Source of the DNA: an uncultured Pseudomonadota bacterium
GTDB taxonomy: Bacteria; Vulcanimicrobiota; Vulcanimicrobiia; Eremiobacterales; Eremiobacteraceae
Reading direction: 5' to 3'
DNA length: 64,000 bases
Assembly (NCBI GenBank): GCA_963736005.1
Contig: CAVTNB010000001.1
Coordinates: 1,184,001 to 1,248,000, forward strand
The notes under the pieces were generated by a model. That model did no database searches and was not told the origin of the DNA. It worked only from the letters and a program-made list of their open reading frames with translations. The position numbers and the translations under genes are program-made. Below are positions 30,412 through 44,328 of this stretch, one piece after another; position 1 is the stretch's first letter, and each line of letters begins with the position of its first letter.

Positions 30412-32282
30412 ATGATGAGCCATGATGAACTAAAGCGTTTTCATGCTGGCCGGCTTCTGGATGCATATCGCACGCTAGGCTCCCATTGTGGGCACCTCGA
30501 GGGGCAGCCCGGCGTTTGGTTTTCCACCTGGGCGCCCAATGCGCGGCGCGCCAGCGTCGTCGCGGACTTCAATACGTGGGATGGTCGCCGCCACCCCATG
30601 CAACGGCTGGATCGGGGCGGCGTCTGGCAGGTCTTCATCCCCGGCGTCGAGGCGGGTGCGCAATACAAGTTCGAATTCGAGCATGCCGAAACTGGGAAGC
30701 TTGTCATTAAGACGGATCCCTACGCGCAAGCGTTTGTCACCCAAGCGAATACAAACGCACGAGTCATCCCACCAAGCACGCACACGTGGCGAGATGCAAT
30801 GTGGTTGGAGCGAAGGCGCGACTGGCGCTGGCGTGAGGAGCCTATCAACATCTATGAGGTGCACCTCGGGTCTTGGTGCCGCAGCAAAGACGGCTCGTTC
30901 CTTTCTTACGCTAGACTTGGCCAAGAACTCGCCTCTTATGCTCGCGACCGCCACTACACGCACATCGAGCTGCTGCCGGTGTTCGAGCATCCGCTCGACG
31001 AGTCGCTTGGTTACCAGGTGACGGGGTACTTTGCTCCCTCAAGCCGCTTTGGGACCCCTGATGATTTCCGTTCGTTTGTCGATACGTGTCACGAAGCTGG
31101 CGTCGGCATCATCTTGGATTGGGTACCGCTCCACTTCCCGAAAGACTTTTGGGGGCTTAGCGAATTCGATGGCGGTCCGCTCTACGAGCGGGCCGATCCG
31201 GCGATGGCAGAGCATCCGGAGTGGCACACGCTCATCTTCAACTACGGTCGACCCGAAGTTCGCAATTTCTTGCTTGCCAACGCCCTGTACTGGCTTTTAG
31301 AGTTTCACGTTGACGGGTTGCGGGTCGACGCGGTTTCTTCCATGCTGTACTTGGACGACGCTCGGCTCGGGAAGCACTGGCAGCCAAACCCCCTCGGCGG
31401 CCGCGAAAACCTGCCCGCGGTAAAGTTCTTGCGAGAGATGAACGCACAGATAGCACAGCTTGTGCCGGATGCGCTGACGATCGCCGAAGAGTCAACATCC
31501 TGGCCGTCGGTTTCCCAGCCGGCTACGCGCGGTGGTCTCGGGTTTTCGATGAAGTGGAACATGGGCTGGGTTCACGATACGCTCGAGTATCTTGGCTTGC
31601 CGTGGATCGAACGGCCTGCGCATCACAAAGACCTCACGTTCGAGCGGCTGTACGCAAGGAAGGAGCATTTTGTGCTCGCGCTCTCGCACGACGAAAGCGC
31701 GCCACGCAATGGCTCGCTTCTCTCGCACATGTACGGAAGCGACGAGCAGAAGTTCGCGGGCTTGCGTTTGCTCTTTACGTTTCAAACCACATATCCAGGC
31801 AAGAAGCTCAACTTTATGGGCAATGAGTTTGCTCAACGTGAAGACTGGGATCCGACGATGCAACTCCATTGGGAGGCACTCGCCAGCCCGCCTCATCGGC
31901 AGGTCGCCGCGGCGGTCAGCGATTTGGGAGCTCTGTACGGGAAGCTACCGGCCCTCTACGCAGGCGATTTTGACGCCGCGGCCTTTCGCTGGCTCGATCC
32001 AGATGACGCGGATCACTGCGTCCTCTCTTACATGCGCTCGGCGGGCGAAGCATTTGCGCTTGTGGTCTTGAACTTCTCTGGGGGGACCTACAGGGGGTAT
32101 GTGGTGGGAGTACCGCGCGAGGGTACATATCACGTTGTCTTTGCTAGTGACGCCCGCGAGTATGGTGGCAACGGCGAAACTCGACTGATTGACGATCGGG
32201 CGCGTCGCGTGCCGTGCATGGGCTTCGACTATTCGATCGCCCTCGACGTGGCCGCGCTCACGGGCGTGGTCATCACGCTCGC

Positions 32283-32286
<4 letters not shown>
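30412..32286 (+). CDS. glgB: 1,4-alpha-glucan branching enzyme
   Basis: WAPNA, IYEVHLGSW, GLRVDAV, IAEES, LSHDE, FMGNEF. Confidence 0.96.
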
Positions 32287-35490
<3,204 letters not shown>

Positions 35491-35507
35491 CATCTTTTCT
35501 CGCTTGA

Positions 35508-35532
35508 TGTAGCAGCGGACCTTTAGACCTGC
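35508..35532 (+). repeat. Degenerate REP family A copy
   Basis: TGTAGCAGCGGACCTTTAGACCTGC. Confidence 0.65.
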
Positions 35533-35585
35533 ACCCCGAACGCCTCGCCTGTTTACTTCCTTACCAGGTAAAGGAGCTGCGAAGA

Positions 35586-35879
35586 ATGTTCGACGCTTTC
35601 ATCTATCTCATTCTTTCATTCGACCGGAACGACGACATGTTTCGTGCGATGGCCGGCGGGTTCGCCGTCGTCTGGTTCTTGTTTGTCATAGCGGTCGTCA
35701 TCTTCTCTATTTATTGCGCTTGGCGCGTCGCCATGAAGAGCGGTTATCCGGGTGCGTATAGCTTGCTCTTGCTCATCCCGATCGTGAACATCGTCGTACA
35801 ACTGATTTGGGTTTTCTCCGAGTGGCCGATAGAAGCCGAACTCAAGCGACTGCGCTCGTCGAGCGTTCGCACCCAATAA
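35586..35879 (+). CDS. Small membrane protein (DUF805-like)
   Basis: WRVAMKSGYPG..SLLLLIPIVN..FSEWP pattern; 2-3 TM helices. Confidence 0.7.
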   Translation: MFDAFIYLILSFDRNDDMFRAMAGGFAVVWFLFVIAVVIFSIYCAWRVAMKSGYPGAYSLLLLIPIVNIVVQLIWVFSEWPIEAELKRLRSSSVRTQ

Positions 35880-35883
35880 AGAA

Positions 35884-35983
35884 AGGCGGACCTAAAGGTC
35901 CGCCGCTACATTGGGGCGAGGCGGACCTAAAGGTCCGCCGCTACATTGGGGCGAGGCGGACCTAAAGGTCCGCCGCTACATTG
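35884..35983 (-). repeat. Tandem array of 35-bp units, each holding a family A REP (~2.9 copies)
   Basis: Unit AGGCGGACCTAAAGGTCCGCCGCTACATTGGGGCG at 35884, 35919 and 35954 (third copy truncated). Confidence 0.92.
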
Positions 35984-35985
35984 CC

Positions 35986-37488
35986 TTATCTAGAGAGGGC
36001 TTTGACCGCGGCTTCGGTCACCGGTGAGGCCTTGTTGCCCCACGAGCTGCGAATGTAGGTGATGACTGCGGCAATCTCCGCTGGACTGAGCTTACCTTTC
36101 CAGGCTGGCATCGCTCCACTATAGCTTGCGCCATTCACTGGAACGCCGTTCATTCCGTTGAGCACTGTTCTGATGACCTTCGTCGGATCTCCGGTCACAT
36201 ACGGATTGCCGGCGAGGGGCGGAAACGCTCCGGGAAGCCCCTGGCCTTTCGCCTGATGGCAGCTCGTGCAGTTTTGAGCATACACCTGGTCGCCCGCCGG
36301 CGGCGCAGCGGCCGCTGCGCCCGCGCCGGCTGCAGCTGCTGGTGCACCCCCAGCCACGCTGATGATCGGGATAGCGTTTTGACCTGCGGCGTTCCGTGGA
36401 GCACCGTATCCGACGACCGGCGTTTGGCCGACCGGGCTTGCCGCTTGTTCTTGGGCGATGACCTTTTGGGAATATATGGTGGTGCCGACGATGGCACCAA
36501 CGGTCAAGATCGTGAACATAACGAGGTACGGCCGACGCGCGAGCACTCGGCTTGGATTGCGATCGAGCCACGGCAGCAACAACAATACCATGGTGAAGGC
36601 ACCCGGCAGAATAACCGTTGGAACCAGCGACAGATTCTGCGGGAACATGCGCAGCAAGCCGTAGAGCGCGTAGAAATACCACGCCGGGGCCGGAATGAAC
36701 TGCGCGTTGTTCGGATCCGCCTTGGCGAGCAGCGGCGTGGGCATGACAATCGCGAGCGCCACGATGACGGCGACGACGATGAAGGCTGTGACGGATTCCA
36801 TGAAGATTTGGTTCGGATAGAATCGTCCGTAGGTCTTGGGGGGCGCATCGCTTGCCGGACCCGCCGAGCCGTTGTGCTTGAAGATAAACAAATGAAGACC
36901 GACGAGAGCAACGATGATCGCGGGTGTCGCCCAGATATGCAGACCGTAGAAGCGGCCTATGGTGAGCGTGCCGAGCGTTGAGCCGTCACTGAGGAAATGG
37001 TAAATGAATGGACCGATGATTGGCACACTCGCCGCTATGTTGATCGCGACTTGGGTGGCGAAGTAGGCGTTGAGATCCCACGGCAACAGATAGCCGGTCA
37101 GACCCATCGACAAGACAATAAAGAACAGCAAGACGCCGACGACCCATTGAATTTCGCGCGGCTTTTTGTAGGCGCCGAACAGCAAGACTTGCAGCAAGTG
37201 CATCGACATGAGCACGATCATGGCCGATGCGCCCCACGAATGCAGACTGATCAGGAACGAACCCCACAGCACATGCTGATAAATGAAGAGGGTAGATTCC
37301 CACGCCGTGATCCCGGATGGAGAGTAGTAGAACGTCAAAATGATGCCGGTGATGATTTGGATAGTGAGAACGATGAGGGTCGCGCTCCCGAAGACATACC
37401 AATAACTTGCGCCGCCGGGAACGTCTTCAGTGAGGAAGTTTTTCGTCCAGCTGACGAGACCGGTTCGACTCTCAAGCCAATCGATCAT
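35986..37488 (-). CDS. Cytochrome b / subunit IV / class I cytochrome c fusion of a Rieske-cytochrome b complex
   Basis: Heme His pairs LHSWGAS..MHL and LHIW..GLH; TGYLLPWD; PAWY; C-terminal CTSCH..GAMPAW. Confidence 0.93.
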   Translation of the reverse strand: MIDWLESRTGLVSWTKNFLTEDVPGGASYWYVFGSATLIVLTIQIITGIILTFYYSPSGITAWESTLFIYQHVLWGSFLISLHSWGASAMIVLMSMHLLQVLLFGAYKKPREIQWVVGVLLFFIVLSMGLTGYLLPWDLNAYFATQVAINIAASVPIIGPFIYHFLSDGSTLGTLTIGRFYGLHIWATPAIIVALVGLHLFIFKHNGSAGPASDAPPKTYGRFYPNQIFMESVTAFIVVAVIVALAIVMPTPLLAKADPNNAQFIPAPAWYFYALYGLLRMFPQNLSLVPTVILPGAFTMVLLLLPWLDRNPSRVLARRPYLVMFTILTVGAIVGTTIYSQKVIAQEQAASPVGQTPVVGYGAPRNAAGQNAIPIISVAGGAPAAAAGAGAAAAAPPAGDQVYAQNCTSCHQAKGQGLPGAFPPLAGNPYVTGDPTKVIRTVLNGMNGVPVNGASYSGAMPAWKGKLSPAEIAAVITYIRSSWGNKASPVTEAAVKALSR

Positions 37489-37499
37489 ATTGCCTTCTC

Positions 37500-38171
37500 C
37501 TACCAGTACGAGACACGCACAATGTTGGTGGTGTTCGCGGCATACTTAACCCATTCAACTTCGGCGACGCCACTTTGCTCTCGGAAGGGCAGCGGATCAA
37601 GACCTCGTGGGGCCGGACCTATGAAGTTTCCCTGAGCGTTCTTTTTGTGTTGGCCGTACTTTGAGAATTCAGAACCGTGACAGGGGCAAAGAAAACCGCC
37701 CAGACTGTCATTCCAATCGTACTTGCAGTTGAGATGCGGGCACAGTGGGCTCCACATGACAAAACCGAGATTGCCCACTTCGAAATCGAGCCCGGCGCCG
37801 GTTTGTTGGGCGAAGAGTTCGGGCCGTTCACCTCGCAGCGCTTGAAGGTCATCCGGACCGAGCTTCAGACCCCACACGTAATATTCGTCATTGGTCTTAT
37901 AATAGCCATCGGTGACCAGCTTGTTAAAGAAGATCTTGACGGGCTTCTCGAGCGTGCGCTCGAGTTCGGCAAACTCAGCTCGGTTCAACGGGGCGTAGCC
38001 TTTATTGGCATCAACGAGGTCTGGCGTCGGCACGAGCGCCGTGACGAGCGGAACGGCAAGTCCAAGACCGACGACCGTGCCGGTAAAAATGGACGCCCGC
38101 GCTAAGAACGCGCGTCGGCTAATTTCTTCTGGTGTACCAGGATCCTGATAAGCTTTTGCATGGTGTGGCAA
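37500..38171 (-). CDS. Rieske iron-sulfur subunit
   Basis: Tat signal SRRAFL; CPHLNC and CPCHGS; GPAPRGLD; RBS GGAGG before the TTG start. Confidence 0.93.
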   Translation of the reverse strand: MPHHAKAYQDPGTPEEISRRAFLARASIFTGTVVGLGLAVPLVTALVPTPDLVDANKGYAPLNRAEFAELERTLEKPVKIFFNKLVTDGYYKTNDEYYVWGLKLGPDDLQALRGERPELFAQQTGAGLDFEVGNLGFVMWSPLCPHLNCKYDWNDSLGGFLCPCHGSEFSKYGQHKKNAQGNFIGPAPRGLDPLPFREQSGVAEVEWVKYAANTTNIVRVSYW

Positions 38172-38297
38172 GCAGCGTCACCTCCGCTTCGTGGAAAAGC
38201 GCACGTGTTCGGTGAAGGAGTCGACGGGGGCTTTGGTGCGACGAGGCTCGCTGCCTTCGCGGAAGACGAAAAATGTAGCAGCGGAGCCGATATTTGC

Positions 38298-38768
38298 CTA
38301 GCAGACGCAGGCCTGCAAACCAGAATTCGCGCACCAGCGAATCCCGGTGATGCCAAAAGAGTAGTTGGGGAGCCCGGTCAGCGTTGTCGTGTCATGGTTA
38401 TCGCCGTCTCGGATCTTGTAGGCATCGCCGGAGTTGCAAATGCCGTTTCCGGGCGTCACATAGTAATACGTTCCGCCAGCGGGGTCGTTGGGCACGGAGC
38501 TGAGGTACGGGTTTCCGGCGCCTCCGAACAGGTTGACGTCAACGGGAGCGCTCGCGGGCGGGTACTGTCCTCCGTGGTCAACCGCATACTCCGCAAGCGC
38601 GGTCGCTATTTGTTTGAGATTGCCCTCGCACGCCGATGACGCTGACTCAGCCCGCGCATGCAGGAAATTCGGGATCAAAATGGCGGCAAGAATCGAGATG
38701 ATCGCGACGACGATGATCAACTCGATGAGGGTAAACCCGCGCAGGCGCGCTTGCCGAAAATGCTCCAT
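38298..38768 (-). CDS. Type IV pilin / pseudopilin
   Basis: Prepilin cleavage motif G|FTLIELIIVVAII; C..NLKQIATAL; C-terminal cysteines. Confidence 0.9.
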   Translation of the reverse strand: MEHFRQARLRGFTLIELIIVVAIISILAAILIPNFLHARAESASSACEGNLKQIATALAEYAVDHGGQYPPASAPVDVNLFGGAGNPYLSSVPNDPAGGTYYYVTPGNGICNSGDAYKIRDGDNHDTTTLTGLPNYSFGITGIRWCANSGLQACVC

Positions 38769-38867
38769 GCTTTTAGTTTCGGCGGCGCCGCAGAGTTGAA
38801 TGCCACTCGCGGGGCGCGGGGGGTGAAAAGTAGGTTAGAGTTGCGTGTGAAGCGCGTCACGCCTGAA

Positions 38868-39083
38868 CTACGAAACGTGCGCGACCTTGTCTGGCACGTC
38901 ACGATTCCACCACGATGAAATCGTCGTACCCGCACCAACTGGATGCAGTTCGTGCTGTTCAGCGCGAGCTAGCTCGGGAATCTCATCGAGCCTGCCTTTC
39001 ATGAGGCAAGCTTCACATACGATATGGTCGTCAACGGGATACAACTCGACACTCTTGCAACCACATATGCTGCATTTTTGCAT
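38868..39083 (-). CDS. Small zinc-ribbon-like protein
   Basis: CSIC..CEAC; GAGG RBS upstream. Confidence 0.55.
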   Translation of the reverse strand: MQKCSICGCKSVELYPVDDHIVCEACLMKGRLDEIPELARAEQHELHPVGAGTTISSWWNRDVPDKVAHVS

Positions 39084-39164
39084 AAGGGGCCCTCAGGGTG
39101 AGAGAGTGGCCCTTGGGCTTGCGCGCGCCATTTCCTGTAGACCATATGTTTGATGGTGGGCCGC

Positions 39165-41234
39165 TCAGGTGCCCTTCTCGGCGCCGACGTAATAGATGAG
39201 CTTGAGGATGAGTGAGGGCTGAGTTGCGACTGAATTGGGATTGCCATACACCAAATACGCCTCCGCGTGACCGAACTTTCTATAGTACGCGAACGAAACG
39301 TTGGACGCATCGATAAATTGCGGCGCGGTGCCAAAATATGGTCCCGTTCCAATGATCCGCCGAACGCCAACCGACAGCGACGAGGTCGTCCCGATCTCAT
39401 ACGCGTAGCTGGCGCGCTCCAGCCACTGGGCAAGCTTCGTGCCCGTGTCGAGCCGATAGTCCGTGTCATCGGCCTCGAGCGTGCCGGTGGCGCGTGGGCC
39501 GAGCTTGACTGTCGCCGAGCGTACCGTCGAATGCAGATAGCCGGCTCCGTATCTTCCATAATTGTACGAAAGAGTAGACGGCGTATTGGTTTGCCCTAAA
39601 TAGGTCAGATTCACCCCATTTTGGGTTGTGTTTCCCGCTTCGCCGTTCAGCAAGAGCCAGCTCGAACCCATTGAGGCTGTGAGCGTCAGCTGCTGCTTGG
39701 TATCGATCGTGATGTTGGTATAATCGTCAGCGTCGTCGAGCTGTCCTAGTCGATTTCGGTAATGTTGCAGATCCTGCGAAAGAGTGAACTTTCGGATGGT
39801 GCTCCCTGAGCCGGAATCCCATTCTTGATCCGCGTACAAAGATGGACCGGTTGTATCGTTGATGGGGACAAATGCGTCGAGTGGATTAAACTCAGGACCC
39901 ACCCAGCGATACGCTGCAAAGATCCCTGACTTTGGCGTGTAGAGGTTGATGCCGAAATCTTGGTAGTTCCCCTGCGCCGAATCTGCAACGTTCGATCCTC
40001 TGTCAATGCCGCTTGAGGCGTAGAGGCTAAAATTGTGTACGTCTCCGGCGCGCACTTGAGCGATCGAAAAGTCATCGGTTTGACCGGCGCTGTCGACTAA
40101 CTCGTGCAGCACGCTTGCCCCAATTTGATGATCCGGGGTCGACCAAAATGCAGATTCGGCCGAATCCGAGCGGTTAGGCCCACGCGAGATGAACGCAGCT
40201 AGATTGGTGGACCATTGCACGCCCTCGAGCGCGAAGCCCTCGGCTGGGGTCGGAATATTGGGCGTGTAGAGCCAGGGGTAAATCGTGCAATCGTTGCAGT
40301 TAAAATCGTTGTACACGTTCGTTCCTTGCGTGAAGAACGGCCGAACCTCTTGGAACTGGCGCTGGAAAGCGGTCGGCGAAATTGTTTGTTGGTCGAGCTC
40401 CACGTTTGAATAGTCCGGATGCAGCGTGCCCAAAAAAGAGGACGTGGGGGTGACCGGCAACGAGAAGTCGGCGCCCATTCTTGAGGTCGACCCGCCTGCG
40501 CCCGCTGAAGCAGCCTCGCCCAAGCCATAGATTGCCAGGCGAGGTTTCGTCCGCGTGCTTGACGAGATAAAGTTCATATTTTCCAAGTATCCAGTGTAGA
40601 ACGAAGAATCCGTGCTTGTCTGACCCTTGGCATGCGCCCACTCAAAAAGCTGTTCGCTGACCTGCACGCGTCGATCGAACTGCAGCCGCCACGTGGGGCG
40701 CCCGTCGCTGCGCATGATGTCGAACGGAATGCGTTCGGTGACGATGTAACCGTCGCTCGTTTGTTTCGCAACCGCCAGCCACGTTGGAGAAAATGTGGTG
40801 TTCTCAGATGAGTAGGCATAGCGCGTGCCAATGGGATTGGCCGCAAAAAAGTATTCGAAGCCTTTGTCACCACCCGGCCACAGGTAGACGCGCACGACGT
40901 CGTCGGTGCCAAGACCAATGTCATTGGTGCGCTGCGTTGCCGTGATCGACTCGCTTTGCTTGGCCACAAATGCGACATACAGGTATTTCTTGTCCGTCAA
41001 GAGATAGACGTCGGTTTGCTCCGAAGCCACGCGCTGAAACGAGAAATCCCACGTGAGCGTAACGTGGGCACCTTTTTGCCAGGCTGGATCTTTCAAGGTA
41101 CCGTCAAGGGTGGGAGGCGCGTCCACCGGCACCGCCGCGAGCGAAAATGAATCGGCCGCGACAGCCTTCTCCGCCTGACCGAGAGCGATGGACAATGCCG
41201 TGGCGAGCGCCACAACCCAAGCGCATTTGGACAT
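39165..41234 (-). CDS. Exported CBM9-like / DUF5916-type outer-membrane protein
   Basis: Signal peptide; PTLDGTLKDPAW, YLYVAF, HPDYSNVELDQQ, EVRPFFTQG; alternating beta-strand C-terminus. Confidence 0.75.
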   Translation of the reverse strand: MSKCAWVVALATALSIALGQAEKAVAADSFSLAAVPVDAPPTLDGTLKDPAWQKGAHVTLTWDFSFQRVASEQTDVYLLTDKKYLYVAFVAKQSESITATQRTNDIGLGTDDVVRVYLWPGGDKGFEYFFAANPIGTRYAYSSENTTFSPTWLAVAKQTSDGYIVTERIPFDIMRSDGRPTWRLQFDRRVQVSEQLFEWAHAKGQTSTDSSFYTGYLENMNFISSSTRTKPRLAIYGLGEAASAGAGGSTSRMGADFSLPVTPTSSFLGTLHPDYSNVELDQQTISPTAFQRQFQEVRPFFTQGTNVYNDFNCNDCTIYPWLYTPNIPTPAEGFALEGVQWSTNLAAFISRGPNRSDSAESAFWSTPDHQIGASVLHELVDSAGQTDDFSIAQVRAGDVHNFSLYASSGIDRGSNVADSAQGNYQDFGINLYTPKSGIFAAYRWVGPEFNPLDAFVPINDTTGPSLYADQEWDSGSGSTIRKFTLSQDLQHYRNRLGQLDDADDYTNITIDTKQQLTLTASMGSSWLLLNGEAGNTTQNGVNLTYLGQTNTPSTLSYNYGRYGAGYLHSTVRSATVKLGPRATGTLEADDTDYRLDTGTKLAQWLERASYAYEIGTTSSLSVGVRRIIGTGPYFGTAPQFIDASNVSFAYYRKFGHAEAYLVYGNPNSVATQPSLILKLIYYVGAEKGT

Positions 41235-41254
41235 CGTTGGAAAGCCCTTAACCG

Positions 41255-42031
41255 CTACACGCCAGCATCGCGCATTCGAATGAGGTCATCGACGCTAGGC
41301 TTCAAACCTGTGGATTGAAGTTGGCGAACCCAAGCGGCGGAAACACCGTGATCCGCCAACCGGACGAGTTGTTCGACGTCAGGTTGATATCCAAGGCGAT
41401 GGATATCGCTGATGTAAGCAACGGTGACGTCATGGTCGCGCAAACGGATGATATCATCGACCGTTACCCTCAACAGCCCGCTTCGAGCAATGCCGAGCAC
41501 GTATGCGGAATCGATGCCCTCGTCACCCAAGCGCAGTAACTCGGGAAGGTTTGGATGCAAACCCATGTTATGGAGCTGATCGATAAAGTCTGGCGTGACT
41601 CCGTCGACCGCAAGTTCGAACTGCTCAGTGGGCTGTGGCTGATCGATGCCGCGGTCCGCGAGGACCTTTACGTATGCGGGGTCGGGAATGAAGACGAACG
41701 TTCCTCCGCCGCCCCCATGGGCGACCCAGCCTGTGCAATCAAAAGCACCGGCTGGCTTGCGTAGGGCGAATCGAGCGTTGTTGCCGGCAGTGCGAAGTTG
41801 ATCGGCAGACAGTCCCTGGAGGTCAGCGAGCCTGATTGATGATTCCCACTCCCAGCTGTGGCCAGGCGAATCAGTGCCCAGGGTGAGCAGCAGTTGATTA
41901 TCGGATGACGTTGCAATCGTCCACGTGCCTGCGAGTGAACTTGGTTGTGCCGCAGCTGGTCCGGAAAGCGACCAAAGCACAAGCACCGCCAGTGCGGCTC
42001 CGATCAGTCGCACGAAAGCCATGACGCTCAA
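41255..42031 (-). CDS. Exported protein with ~28-29 aa helical repeats
   Basis: Signal peptide ending AAAQ; N-terminal beta domain; about five GV(T/S/D)xx(F/Y)IxxLxxxG..(V/L)DDL(I/V)RLxDx repeats. Confidence 0.75.
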   Translation of the reverse strand: MSVMAFVRLIGAALAVLVLWSLSGPAAAQPSSLAGTWTIATSSDNQLLLTLGTDSPGHSWEWESSIRLADLQGLSADQLRTAGNNARFALRKPAGAFDCTGWVAHGGGGGTFVFIPDPAYVKVLADRGIDQPQPTEQFELAVDGVTPDFIDQLHNMGLHPNLPELLRLGDEGIDSAYVLGIARSGLLRVTVDDIIRLRDHDVTVAYISDIHRLGYQPDVEQLVRLADHGVSAAWVRQLQSTGLKPSVDDLIRMRDAGV

Positions 42032-43936
42032 ATACCCGCGTTGCTCAGCCGGATCAGATCATCGACAGAGAGCTTGTGACCGTTTGTGACTCCGCTCTTT
42101 TGAAGTCGAGCGACAAACTCTGGGGTAACACCGCTCTCGCTCAACCGGATGAGATCGGTGACACTGGCATTTCGATACCCCAGCGCTGCCAACGAGGCGA
42201 GATAGCGAGGATCGACGCCTGCGTTCGAAAGAGCGACCATGTTCGCCACGCCCACATTCCCGTAGCCAGCATCGCGCAACCCGGCGAGGAACCGCGCATC
42301 CACCCCAGCGTTTGCAAGCGCAATGAGATCGTGCGCCGGCATAGGGGTAAGTCCGGCTGCGTGAAGCTCGCGAAGAAAGCGAGGCGAAACGCCTGCGTTG
42401 CAAATGGCGATCATGTCGTCAACCGACAGATCGCGGAACCCCGTTTCCCGCAATGCATCGAGGAAATCGTCTCGTTGCGACGATCGCGTGACGCTCAAGA
42501 TGAAGGACGCTGACGATCTGGGCAGGCGGTATGCGCTGCAGCGCTGGCGAGCGGTCTAATAGACTCGTCGCCGCATAGAGCAGCGGCGCGCTCGAATCCA
42601 GCGTCCTCCCTGATGCGGCTATCGCTTGACGTAGGTGCTCCATCACATGCAACGAGGGCATCTTCGTTGCATTCGCCGCAGCTGCAGTTGGCACAACGCC
42701 TTGCCATGCACTCTGCCTCACTTTCGGGCCGGCGACCACCGCCGCATGACTTTGCAGGTGACTGTGCGCGGGATGGGCCGTCGCGCTCGCAGCCGCGGAC
42801 GCAGCCACGGTTGTGGTCGAAGCCGCGGTCGCAGCGTCACTCGTTAGGAATTGCACGCAGGCGAACGGCAGCGCGGCGAGCACAACGGCCGCCACGGCGA
42901 TTCGAGCGAGCGGGTTAAGATGACTTGAGGCTGCGTGGTTGCGATCGAGCAGCCGTCCAATGCGCACGAACAGCTGGCGTTTGTTTTTTGCCAGGCCCGT
43001 GCTGGGCAGCCACCGGCGACCATTTTGGAGCAGGGCGATATGACACAGGCAACGAGCAAAATCAGCGCGCTCCGTTTGCACCGATGCAGCGACATCATCG
43101 CACGCGATCTCTCGCTCCAAATCCAGCGCTTTCGCCAAAGCGAAGGCTATGGGATTGAAACACAACACTGTCAGCATCACTTGTTTGAGCAGGTTGCCGT
43201 AGTCATCGAAGCGTCCGATGTGGGCGCATTCATGACGAATGATCCGGTCCGCATCTTGGGTTGAGAACTGCAAGGCGACGCTGACGGGCAGCGCAATGAC
43301 CGGCTCGGCAAATCCTATAACGCATGGTTCTCGAATCGTCGTGGAGTACCCGATCGCCACCGACCTGGCAGTTATTGCGCGACAGGCTTCTCGCTCGCGT
43401 TCGCTCAGGGGTCGATACGAAAGTCCCTTCTTGACGGCTGAGAGGCTCGCATACCCAAGAGCAAGCCTGAGCATCAAAAGATTCGCCGTAACAAGCCATG
43501 CAAACACGAGGGCCAAATCGTAGCGACCTCGCATGACCGCGATGACCGATGGTGCCAACGTAAATTTTGGCGTTGCTTCCTCGATCGGAGGGCTGTTCAC
43601 GATCGCAGGGTTCATTGGTACGTGCGTTGGGTGCATAAGACGAGGTTGAGAGGCGAAGATGTGGCGCGTCGATCCTATCGGCTCGACGGGCTCGGCAGGC
43701 GCGGCCAAGGACGGCATGCGCAGGCTCACCTGGCGAGGTTGCGTCACGCGGGCGAGCACTAAGTTTGCGAACGGCAAGAGTGCGGCGGCTGCGAGCACCG
43801 CGCACCACATCGCATAGCGCTGCGCCGCGGTTGATCGAGGTGCGGCTTTCAAAAGGAGAAGGATCACGGCGGCGAGCGCAGCGCTCTGCCAAATTGAGTT
43901 GAGGAGCGCCCAGACGATATGATGCGCAGTAATCAT
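42028..43936 (-). CDS. M56 (BlaR1/MecR1-type) metallopeptidase with C-terminal helical repeats (frameshift or split ~42500-42556)
   Basis: WALLNSIWQ, AAQRYAMW, PCVIGF..P.I.LP, HECAH, EREIACDD. ORF 42028-42498 carries repeats like those of 41255-42031. Confidence 0.85.
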
Positions 43937-44317
43937 TGGCGTTTTGCCTCATTGGTTAGGCGTCGAAGTCGTGCGAGCTCTTCTTCTGAAAGCTGCTCAT
44001 CTTCCAAGAGCCGGACGGTCAGCAATGCAGCCGAATCGTTAAAAAATCGAGCGAGCAGATTCTTCACCGCTGCTCGAGAAGCGTCGACGCGTTCGACCAC
44101 CGGAGCGTAGACGAAGGCGTGGCCGGCGGCTTCGTGACGCACAAAGCCCTTGCGCTCCAAAATCCTTAGGAGGGTTTGGACGGTGTTGAACGCGGGGCGT
44201 GCTTTTTTTGGGAGAGCGTCGCGCACTTGCGCGACGGTTGCCTTCGCCCTGATCCCACAGGATCTCCATGAGGCGCTGTTCGGCGATGGTCAACGTGGCG
44301 GAACGTTTTTGCGGCAC
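43933..44317 (-). CDS. BlaI/MecI/CopY family repressor (frameshift ~44243)
   Basis: LTIAEQRLMEILW then, after a frame change, ATVAQVRDAL..AFNTVQTLLRILERKGFV..AFVYAP..LLARFFNDS. RBS GGAGG. Confidence 0.9.
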
Positions 44318-44328
44318 TGTTGCCCTCC

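Noticed and set aside
35884..35983. CRISPR array (palindromic 35-bp periodic repeat)
   Set aside because: The units are contiguous with identical short linkers, there are no unique spacers and no cas genes, and the same hairpin is dispersed as a REP.
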